Positions 43,765-54,400 of a DNA stretch of 64,000 bases are shown in pieces. The stretch's first letter is position 1. Every line of letters starts with the position of its first letter. The position numbers were made by a program, and so were the translations under genes. The notes beneath the pieces are model-generated. The model was not told where the DNA came from and ran no database searches. It saw only the letters and a list, made by a program, of their open reading frames with translations. Source of the DNA: Naegleria gruberi (taxonomy: Eukaryota); NCBI GenBank assembly GCA_000004985.1, contig GG738886.1; one strand, 5' to 3'.

Positions 43765-45090
43765 TTAAGGTAAGAAAGTACCAGTTGCTTTTGTTGTTTG
43801 TGCCTTGATTGATTCCAAGATTGGTGTTAATTTGGCAGCCAATTTAGAAGGTTCCTTTCCATTTGCCTTTTTAGATTCTTCAACCAAAATAACCATATCG
43901 ACAGGAATGGAGATGATTGGTACCATACCTTTAATCATTAAACTGGTCAAACTCATAATACCTGTAGCACCATTTGTCAATCCACCACGACTATCCAATC
44001 CTTGGTGTCTATGACCAATAAGGGCATCAACAAATTGTACAACTCCAATAGTGTTTGAGCCAACAGAAATGGTACGAGTATCAATGTATGGATCAGTAAC
44101 TCTGTACTCGTAAATCTTTTTAATCATATCATTGACATATTGAGTATCCTTTGCCAAGAGTTCTTGAATTGCCTTTGCAGATTTCTTGGCATGTTTCCAT
44201 TCGACAACTGAGGCAACAACACTTGTGGTTGTACCAGCTCCAACACATCCAAGACCAGCTCCTGTAGCCAAAAGCGAACCTCCAAGTGTAAAAGGAGCTG
44301 CTACGATACCTCCCACAATCAATGAAGCACCAACAATGTTTGTGGCAGTACCACCAACTTTGGCCTTTGCTGTTTTCTTTTGTTTCTTATCCAATGCACA
44401 GATCATATCTTCAAGCATTTTAATGATTTCCATACGTTTCTTGAGCCATTCTCTGGCAGATTCTTCAACAGCAACCAATCTCATTGCTTGTATCATGTTG
44501 TTATTAATTGGTGGAGGAACAACAGTGGTTGTTTGTTGCACTACAGAAACAGGTGTCATTGGTGAGACAGTCTTTTCAACAGTTGTGGTTGTTTGTTGTA
44601 CAAATTGACCAGTTGGAGTCATTGGTTGGCCGAATTGAGATTGCATCATTTGAGGTTGTTGTTCCATGTATTGAGGATTCATACTTGGTTGTTGTGGATA
44701 GCCATGTTGCATCATTTGAGGTTGACCATATTGTGGAGGTTGTTGGTACATTCCTTGCTGTTGTGGATAACCTTGTTGGTATTGTTGATATTGTGGTTGT
44801 TGCATACCTGGTTGTTGAGGTTGTTGAGGTTGTTGTTGGTATTGTTGTGGTTGCATACCTTGTTGTTGTGGATAGCCTTGTTGTGATTGCATCATTTGAG
44901 GTTGACCATACTGGGATTGTTGCATACCTTGTTGTTGTGGATACATTCCTTGTTGAGGTTGTTGTGGATAACCTTGTTGAGGAGGGTATTGTTGATATTG
45001 TGGTTGTTGGACTCCAGGTTGACCATATTGTGGAGGTTGTTGCATACCTGGTTGAGGAGTTTGTGGAGAGTATTGTTGTGGTTGGTGCAT
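43765..45090 (-). CDS. ApoL-like membrane-insertion domain protein, paralog 2, with N-terminal prion-like Q/P/G/M/Y-rich repeat domain
   Basis: The first ATG is at 45090 ([10 protein letters not shown]...); the ORF-track start at 45252 is probably UTR. About 180 aa of imperfect PQQGYPQQ(G)MQQ repeats come first. The C-terminal 230 aa are colinear with the 40206..41210 protein ([68 protein letters not shown]...[21 protein letters not shown]...[39 protein letters not shown]). Confidence 0.55.
   Translation of the reverse strand: MHQPQQYSPQTPQPGMQQPPQYGQPGVQQPQYQQYPPQQGYPQQPQQGMYPQQQGMQQSQYGQPQMMQSQQGYPQQQGMQPQQYQQQPQQPQQPGMQQPQYQQYQQGYPQQQGMYQQPPQYGQPQMMQHGYPQQPSMNPQYMEQQPQMMQSQFGQPMTPTGQFVQQTTTTVEKTVSPMTPVSVVQQTTTVVPPPINNNMIQAMRLVAVEESAREWLKKRMEIIKMLEDMICALDKKQKKTAKAKVGGTATNIVGASLIVGGIVAAPFTLGGSLLATGAGLGCVGAGTTTSVVASVVEWKHAKKSAKAIQELLAKDTQYVNDMIKKIYEYRVTDPYIDTRTISVGSNTIGVVQFVDALIGHRHQGLDSRGGLTNGATGIMSLTSLMIKGMVPIISIPVDMVILVEESKKANGKEPSKLAAKLTPILESIKAQTTKATGTFLP
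44560..45090 (-). repeat. imperfect tandem codon repeats encoding PQQGYPQQ(P/G)MQQ prion-like tract
   Basis: Repeated ccttgttg/ggttgttg nucleotide units on the plus strand. They generate several long spurious plus-strand ORFs (44186..45143) composed of V/L/W-rich reverse-frame translations. Confidence 0.6.
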
Positions 45091-45564
45091 TTTGTTTTGT
45101 GTTGAAAAATTATATGACTCAAGTCTGTTATTTAGCCTGTTGATTCGTATGAATTCTTTGGTCCGTTGTAACATTCGGAATGTCATTGTCCAATAAAAAT
45201 ACAATGAGAAAGTGACAGAAACAAGTTGCAAAATACAATTGTGGCAATTCAAATATGATTTGTGTGTTAATTGCCAAAAAGTCGAATTATTGTCTTACGA
45301 AAGGAAACATATGCATGTTACTTGGTTGATTTGATCAAGAAAATTGGCAATTCACATCCAAATGTGATTTGATAACTTGTTTGTGCATTCTAAAAGTATT
45401 CTGTTGTATCAACCAAGTTGCTGTTGTAAAGTCTAACTACAGTCAGAGTTGGTTTTAATTGAAGTTTTCCCATAATCCACGTACAGATTTCTTTTTAATT
45501 GCATATGGCACTTCCAAAGCTCCTCTCAATACTTTCAGAATATCAATTCCCATACTAACAAGTT

Positions 45565-46658
45565 TTAGTTTAAATCAAATATACTAGTAACTACGTACAA
45601 TATCCCAATAATACCTGCAATTTGTCCTAGTAGTCCTTCTATTGATGATGTAACCACCTCTTGAATCTTATTCTCATTCAATGAAGAATAGGCAACTGAA
45701 ATTACCACAACATGAGGATCAATCTCAGTCAATTCGACAATGGACAATAACGAATCCCATCTTACAAAAACTGTATCTGGATTTTCTACTGAGGGTTTCA
45801 GTGTTTCTGTCAAAACTTTGGTCAAGATGAAATAATTGTCAACCCCAGAAATGGCAAAATTAGTTTCTGAGAAAACTTTTGGAATGGTTCCAGGCTCATG
45901 GAAGCTTACTTGTAGACCGAATCGTGTATCTCTTTCTATTGGAACAGGAGGAACACTAAAATAGAATGAAATAGTACCAGCATATCCCGTCGCGTTGGCT
46001 TTTTGAAAGCTTAATATCAAAGATTAATAAACTACACATACCTGCAAGAAGAGATGATCCATTGTTGAATACATAGCATGAGAATAATTGACCATTCTGA
46101 AAGATGGTTACAAAATCATACGGAATTTCAAAAGTTTCAACAATTCCCAGCTCACCATTCACTTTGGAAATTAAACTTTAAGGTTAAATTACAATAGCTA
46201 CAATCAACCATAGCATTCCAGTTGCATATCGAAATGGCTGGAAAGTACAATGGCACCGACTCTACAAAGGATGTTGATGTTGTTGGATTGTTTTGAGAAG
46301 TGATGAATTGCTGAGAGGCATCTACACTATACCAAATGCATAGGGCAATTGAGATGAACCAGCCAATAATTGTTATCACTTCTCCAATAGTAAAAGGACA
46401 ACTAGCTAGCAGCCTAATGGTGGATGTCTTATTTTTCAAATCCTTCTCTTCAAAATTCGAGAAAGCTATAGGCATTGTCTTGTAATCTTTTCCTTCATCT
46501 TGATTGGTTTGATAATGCACCTGTCTGTTTCCTTCATTAACATTCATCGATGGTTGTTCCTCCTCTTGTATGTTGTTTTGTTCTACGATATTGTCATTCC
46601 GAATGATAGTATTATCAACAACATCGTCATCATGGTGAGGTTGAATTTGTTGGGACAT
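45565..46658 (-). CDS. ENaC/degenerin (amiloride-sensitive Na+ channel, ASC) family-like protein, 3 exons
   Basis: Exons 46658..46193, 46161..46042 and 45998..45565. Intron 46192..46162 is 31 nt with a GTAATT donor; intron 46041..45999 is 43 nt with a GTATGT donor. Total 339 aa. TM1 is FTIGEVITIIGWFISIALCIWYSV. The post-TM1 hallmark YFPAISICNWN matches FPAVTICN. Pre-TM2/TM2 is IEGLLGQIAGIIGILYVVTSIFDL, resembling the GxS selectivity region. The 31-nt intron is the shortest inferred, so that junction is less certain. Confidence 0.5.
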
Positions 46659-46733
46659 TTTATTGTAGTTGGATGGCGCGGAGCAATTGCATTATTTGGT
46701 ATCATGTGAAGTTTGCAAGTTTTCCACTTGTTG

Positions 46734-47763
46734 TTAGTTGTACAAGAGCACACCCAAATCATCAACAACCAACAGCTCACCACTATGAACATTCAAACAA
46801 CAACCAGACAATCCATAAGGTCTACAGGTATGTCTGAGCGAGAAGGAATAATCAAATCTGTGCCTCACGACAAGAGTGTTACTAGCCTTGCAAGAGATGA
46901 TGATAAAGTCTCTATCAATGGTAATGTTCAGCCATATTTTAGAGTTTACCTCCTCCTCAACTGTGAATATCTTGACTAATTCATCATCCCGAATGCACAA
47001 TACTGTGTTGCAGGTTGTGATGAAACATTCACCAACATCATTGAAAGCTAGGGACAGAGGATCTATCAATTTAACAATACCTATTGATGAGAATGTAGAA
47101 ACAAGTGTGCCATCGATTGGATTTAGTTTGACAACTCTATTGTTGCCCGTATCACAAACAAATAATGTAGATTTGTTGTTATTATCATAGTAGTCATCAT
47201 CATCAAATGGAATGCCAAACCCTTCATTGCCAGCAAACTCACATGATGAATTTCCTCGAGGGGATTTACCATGATGGTACATGGCAATACCATTCAGAAA
47301 TTTACCATTAAACCTGCTGGTCCACACGGGTGAGTGATTGGAGGTTGATAATTGTTCCTTGATATTGTACTTTAATACCTTATCATTTCTGGTGGTTACA
47401 TATAAATCATCATCGCCATCAATACACATACGCACAGGGCTGGCAAATACCTTGAGTGTGTCGGTACTCTTTCGAATGAAGGTCAAAGAATTGAATTCTC
47501 TTATTGCCACAATCACAGACGAGAATCAAGTTGTGCCACTGTGAGACTTTTACATCTGATGCAAAGTAAAATCTCTGATTGTCTCCTCCGCTATATTCTG
47601 TGCCAAGCTGACCAATTTGATTGAATTGGTAGGAGTAAGTTGGTTTTTGTTGTGGGCCGAGTTGTTGTTTCAACTTGGAAAGCAGCAGCGAAATTGATGG
47701 AGTTGATTGGACAGCATCATCCGGATGAAATATAAAAAATGTATCTACAAAACTGTTGGACAT
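46734..47763 (-). CDS. NHL-repeat beta-propeller protein with apparent frameshift near 47455..47480
   Basis: ATG at 47763 (aataaaATGtcc; MSNSFVDTFFIFHPDD...). NHL signatures are ILVCDCGNKRIQFFDL (upstream frame) and LFVCDTGNNRVVKLNP, FASPVRMCIDGDDDLYVTTRNDKVLKYN (downstream frame, 47516..46734). The two frames overlap over 47419..47516 with no intron-compatible GT-AG pair, implying a 1-nt indel. Confidence 0.45.
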
Positions 47764-48423
47764 TTTATTAGAATGTTGAAGTAAATGTATGTAATGGAAC
47801 GTACCTAAAGCATCGTGATATTGAATGTTTTTTTTCAAAATTACTTTTTAATTTTTCTTTTATTTTTCAAATTTTAAAGTTTAACGGTAAATATGGGAGG
47901 TGCTGAGATTATTTTTGTTGGTAAAACCAAACAACGTTGCAATTCTCTAAAACCGATTCAATCATCATCTTGCTATACAATCACAAAGAACTCAATTCAA
48001 GGTTTAATTCATCATTAATTAAATTGAAATACCAAATGCAAGTTTTGATAGGACTTCCATTCAATGATTTACTGTTTCGACTTGCTATAGTAATCCTATA
48101 TCCCATTAAGGAATTTGGACCCCTCGTTTATCTCTCTTAATCCCATTCGGAAAGCAATCACCAAAACAACCTGAGAAACTAAGCTTTTGATCCTTAAGGA
48201 AAGCCTCAATTTCAAAAAAATTGGTGTAAGAAGAGACAGGGAGAGAATGCGATTCTTTTTGAAAAATCCAAATACTGGATATTATGATAAGGGGGCATCT
48301 ATATGTTTGTCCTTATCGGCCTTATTAGCAAGGTTGTTATCCTTATCATCATTATCTTTATTTTCAACATCAGGATTAATATCCTTAAAAAGTTGTGGTG
48401 ATGAGGAATTTTCTTCTATTAAG

Positions 48424-51400
48424 ATGCTATCATCATCACCGTCATCATTAACAAGTTTAAATAATTCTAATGGGATAAGAACAAGATCAAAGTATCATTC
48501 TTCATCATCCCTTGTACTTTTATTCATCATTATTTCAATGATACTAGTTTCATGTTTCATGTGTGAACCAATTCAGGCCATCTCTTGTAGTGGAATAGAT
48601 TCCAACGACCTCACTGCTTGCTCTGGGATGGGGACTTGTATTCAGGATGAAACATGCCAATGCCTTAACGGATATTCAGGCGCTAATTGTGAGTATGTGG
48701 AGTGTTTTGGAGTTACAAATGAACCTGGTAATGAGGTTTGCTCTCGTCACGGGCAGTGTTCATCACCAGACAATTGTCAATGCGATTCTGGGTATTATGG
48801 CTCTACATGTTCCATCACAACTTGTTTTGAGAAGTGGAGTAACTTGTCGAATAGCAACAACATTTGCTCTGGGCATGGTACTTGTTCATCATTGGACGTT
48901 TGTGAATGTAATGCTGGATACTTTGGTAGCGAATGTGAAAAGGATCTTTTCGCTGGGTACAAACTAATTAGTATTAGCCCAGTAGTGATAGCAAAAAATT
49001 CACCTGACAATGTTGAATTGAAAGCAAGTATTGCCCTTCCTTCAATGGTTCTATCCTCTGCCTACTCACACGATGGTTCACAACCTTTACCATTTGTTGT
49101 TTCCAACTCTACAACTTCTATTGTTATTACAGATACGGTAAATGATGCTTTTGGTCAATTGTTAGTTCAGGAAGCAGATAGAAAAGCAGGTGAACTTTAC
49201 AATCTTCCATGTGATTTTAACATTTCCAATCCCGACCAAGAACTCAATAGTTTGACCATCATTAGAAATGGTGGAGTCTATTGTTTTCCAAATGGTGTAA
49301 CTATAAGAGGACACACATTTATTATTGTCGGTACAGAAACAGTCCTTTTCAAATCTCCTTTTGTATATTATTATGGAGCTTCCTTTTACTATCTGGAATG
49401 TGCCTCCTATAGGAACGTTTTCTGGTTAACCTATGACCAAGGAGATAATGGAAACTTCTTTTCTGGAGATATTCATGGAACTGTTATTGGAATTTCTCCT
49501 TATCATGGAATTCAACTTTACGATAACTTGGTGGGGGCTGTATGGTACACTGGTGGAACAGATATGATTCTATTCGATGTGAATATTTTACCACCAATAA
49601 CCTTCAATTCAAATGAAAGTTTTAGTCGAGATGATTGCATGGAAACAAGTTGTTATGGAATTTCATTCCGATTGAATAATACTTGCTTTGGAAGAGGTCA
49701 TTGTGTGAAGAATGATACTTGTTTGTGCAATACGGATTCATACGGAAGTAATTGTTTAATTTCAATTTGTAATGGTGTCTACGGAAATGAAACCAATGTA
49801 TGTAGTGGTCATGGTGAATGCCAAAGTAAGGACAGTTGTGAGTGCGAAAGTGGTTATTATGGAAATTGGTGTGAATTGACCACATGTTTTGGAGTCCAGA
49901 ATGACCAGCCGAATACTTGTAATGGGCATGGATTGTGTTCCAAATTGGATACTTGTGAATGTGCTTCTGGTTTTGGATATGGTGGTTCAAGTTGTGAAAT
50001 TCCAATCTGTAATGGAACTATGGCTAATGAAAGTAGTGTTTGTCTATCAAGAGGTCATTGTGTCCAACCAAATATGTGTAGTTGCCAATCAAGTTATTCA
50101 GGGTCAAACTGTGAAATTGCTAATTGTTTTGGAATTATTTCAAATGACAGCTCAGTTTGTTCTGGTCATGGGTCTTGTAATTCTGTAGATACTTGCACTT
50201 GTTCCATTGAATACTACGGAGCCGATTGCTCACAATTTGATTGTTATGGCATTCAATCAGTGAATAGTTCTGTTTGTTATGGAAGAGGACAATGTATTAA
50301 TGTTAATACTTGTTCATGTTCACAAGGATACTATGGCAATGAATGTGAAATCTCCATGTGTGATGGTATTTTGGGCAATTCCTCCCAAGTTTGTTCTAGT
50401 TATGGACAATGCAAGGATACGGATGTGTGTGATTGCCAATTGGGCTATTTTGGTGTGTTTTGTAATGAAACAACATGTAATAGTATAGCAATGAATGACT
50501 CAACAGTATGTAATGGACAGGGAACTTGTTGGCCATTGGACACATGTGTTTGCTCCAATGGATATGATGGCTCTAATTGTCAAAATCCTATTTGCTTTGG
50601 AATTGTTTCCACTAATACCTCTGTTTGTGGAGGTCATGGAGTTTGTTCGCAACCAAATATTTGTCAATGCAACCAGGGATATTACGGATCCCAATGTGAA
50701 ATAGTCACCTGTTCTGGTATCATGTCAAATGGATCAACAGTGTGTTCAGGACAAGGGCAGTGTTCTGATATGGACATATGCCAATGCAACAACCATTACT
50801 ATGGATCTAATTGTGAAAAGTTTGATTGCTTTGGTGTATCCTCTCTCTTAAACACCTCATGCTCTGGTCATGGTACATGTCTTGATTACAATACTTGCCA
50901 ATGTTACTCTGATTATTATGGAAATAATTGTGATGTTACCAAATGTTATGGTATTTTCAGTAATTCATCCAATGTTTGTTCATCTAAGGGAAGTTGCCAT
51001 GTACGAGATACTTGTATCTGTTCGAATAATTACCACGGTTCTTATTGTAACATAACAAGTTGTAATGGAGTTTATTCTAATGATGCTTCAGTTTGTTCCG
51101 GTCATGGTTCATGTATTGGGTACGACACTTGTCAATGTTTGAGCGATTATTCTGGAAGTAATTGTCAAGGAGAAATAGTTGACCCATTTGCTGGATTTAG
51201 AATTATTTCAGATTCTTCAGTTTCAATTTCTATTGATTATTTCCTGACAGATTGGCAACCAGTTTTGCAATCCTATACTCGTTACTATGCCTCAAGTTTA
51301 CTTCTTAAAAGTATTTCCTATTTGGATTCAAATATTCAATATCTTCCACATTCGAGTGCAGTTATTCTAAACAGCACAAGTGCACAGGGCATCAATATTG

Positions 51401-54400
51401 TCAACAAGATGAAAACCATCAAGTCCCAGTTATTGGCTTCATTAACCTGCACTAAAACTTACACAAACACTAACTCTCCAAATACTTTTATAATCAAACA
51501 TGGAGGTGTAATTTGTTTCACAGGAGGAATGACATTCGGGCCAGAAAGAACTATTATCATTGTGGGAACAGAGCCTGTCATATTCAAACTCCCATCCTTG
51601 CAGTATAGTGCTCTTAATATTGTTTTTTTGGAATGTGCCTCATATAGAAACTTTTTCTGGATTTTGGATTCAAATAGTTTTATTAAGGGAGCAGATAAAA
51701 CAAAGAATTATCAACCACCAATTCATGGAACATTTATTCAACTCTCTGGAACTATTTCTTTGAGAGGTTACCTTGCAGGTAGTGTATGTGCTTCGAACAT
51801 CAATACTCTTCTCCACGAAGTCACATTTTATGATCCAACCACTTTTGACCCTTTCCAAAGTGTCACTTCACAATGTAATTACACCCTCTGTTACAACATT
51901 CTATCAAATAATCAATCAGTGTGTTCAGGTAAAGGTAATTGTTCTGATTACAACACTTGTGTTTGTAATACGGATAGTTATGGATCTGATTGTTCTTTAT
52001 TTAAGTGTAACGGAATTTTGAGTTCAAACTCAACTTTTGTTTGTAATGGAAGAGGTAAATGTGTAGGGCCAGATGTCTGTTCCTGTAATCCAGGTTATTA
52101 TGGAGATTTTTGTGAGCTGACCACATGTAATGGAATTGAAAATACCTCGCCTCTTGTTTGTAATGGAAGAGGTGCCTGTAATCATTTCAATAGCTGTTCC
52201 TGTAGCTCTACATTTGGGTATGGTGGATCAGATTGCGATATTCCAATTTGCTATCAAAAACTTGCAACCAATCGTTTAGTTTGTAGCTCAAGAGGTGATT
52301 GCTTGGGACCAAATGTTTGTAATTGTACCGAAACTTATCTTGGTGATAATTGTCAACTGACCACTTGTGCTGATATACTTTCAAACTCTTCTCTTGTTTG
52401 TTCAGGCTTTGGATCATGTGTTGGCTATAACAATTGCACCTGTCATACAGGTTTCTATGGAGAAACTTGTGCAGAATATGATTGTTTCGGAGTTAATAAG
52501 AATAATCCAAATGTTTGCTCTTCAAAAGGCGAATGTATTACTGTTAATAACTGCACATGTCAAGATGGCTTTTTGGGTAATAATTGTTCCTACACTACTT
52601 GCTTTGGAGTAAGAAGTGATTCGCCTACAGTTTGTAATTCGAAAGGTTCCTGTAGAGCCAAAGATGTTTGTGAATGTTGGAATGGATATTTCGGAAGTAA
52701 TTGTACTCTGACAAGTTGTGGAGGGATCTATTCAAATGATAGCTCTGTGTGTAATGGACATGGTTCTTGTTGGCCAGCGGAAACCTGCACTTGTTTATCT
52801 CAATATGGATATACAGGTCAATTGTGTGAAATTCCAATTTGTTATACCATAGCAGCTAGTGATCCTTTAACCTGTTCTTCTCATGGCTCCTGTGTTGGTG
52901 TCAATACATGTGAGTGCCAAGCAAATTATACTGGATCCAAGTGTCAAGTTACATCATGTCAAGGAATTCTATCAAACGGCTCACTTGTTTGTTCTGGGCA
53001 TGGTTCATGTATTGAACATGATAATTGTACATGCCTAGCTGGTTACTTTGATACCGCCTGTAATCAATTCACATGTAATGGAACCAACTCCCAAGACAGC
53101 TCAGTTTGCTCTGGAAAAGGAAGTTGCGATTCATATAATAATTGTTCTTGTCAAGCGGGCTATTATGGACCTAATTGTGAAAAGACAATGTGTAATAACA
53201 TTTTGAGTGATAATCCATCTGTGTGTACATCTCGTGGTAATTGTATTGCCCCAGAAGTTTGCAGTTGTAATGAGACTTATTTTGGTACTAATTGTGAGTT
53301 GACTACTTGCAATGGAACTGTTTCAAATAGCAGCTCGGTATGTTCAGGATCAGGAGTTTGTTGGCCATTCGATACCTGCACTTGTTACTCTGACTTGGTC
53401 AGAGAATTCGAAGGTCAATGGTGTGAAAAACGTTTGTGGGATCCTTTCGCTGGATATCGAATGGTATCTCACAATGGTTTAGTTTACCATTTTGATGATA
53501 ACAACAATTTCTACACTCCTGATATTCATACCAATACTAGATATTATCGTTCAAGTATGATTTTAGATATACTTACAAAGATAACACCTACACTCAATTA
53601 CACATCTGATAATGGAGCTCACATTGATAGTGTTAATACTCCCAAAGCATCAGCCTTGGCTGCACTTATGAAAAAGAAAGGTAATTCCATGTGGACACTT
53701 CCATGTACTAAAACAGTTAACAATTCAAGTGATTTGCCATGGATTAGTAAGAGTGAAATTATGATTCGTCACGGAGGTGTTTTCTGTTTCAATATTGAAG
53801 CTTCTTTTCACAACAATATAACCATTATCATAGTTGGAGCTGAACCTGTTGTTATGAAAGTTCCTTCAATTCAATACTCTGCAGTCAACTTTGTATTTGC
53901 AGAATGTGCTTCTTATAGAAATTTGTTTTGGTTTATCACAAGTTATAATCCAAGTTTCATTCAAGGAGGAAATAGAGGGACTGGATATGAGCCTCCAATT
54001 TATGGAACTTTCTTCCCAACCTCAGGTGGTTCCTTCCAACTTGCTGGTCCTTTTGCAGGAAGTGTTTGGGTAACCGGTAATGCATGGACTGTTTTTATTG
54101 ATGTTACTGTTTATCCACCATTGTCAACTGATCCATATGAACCAACAGTTGGTCAATTTTGTAATTATACTCAATGTTTCAATGTTAAATCTAATTTGAA
54201 TACTACATGTTCCGGTAGAGGTCAGTGCATTGATTATAATACATGTGTTTGCAATGCCGATGCTTATGGAGTTGATTGTTCAATCTCCAAGTGTAATGGC
54301 ACATTTAGTAATGTATCAACTGTTTGTAATGGACATGGTTCATGTATCGCTAAAGATACTTGCCAATGTAATACAGGATACTATGGAGAATGGTGTCAAT

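Noticed and set aside
44186-45143. Four overlapping plus-strand ORFs (72-211 aa) rich in V/L/W/H
   Set aside because: They are reverse-frame translations of the minus-strand PQQGYPQQ codon repeats of the ApoL-like gene. Their composition is non-protein-like and there is no start context.
48187-48423. ORF-track start of the giant gene at 48187 (MILKESLNFKK...)
   Set aside because: Position 48187 is a TTG, not ATG. The first ATG (48424) is followed ~30 residues later by a hydrophobic signal-like segment, although an upstream 5' exon cannot be excluded.
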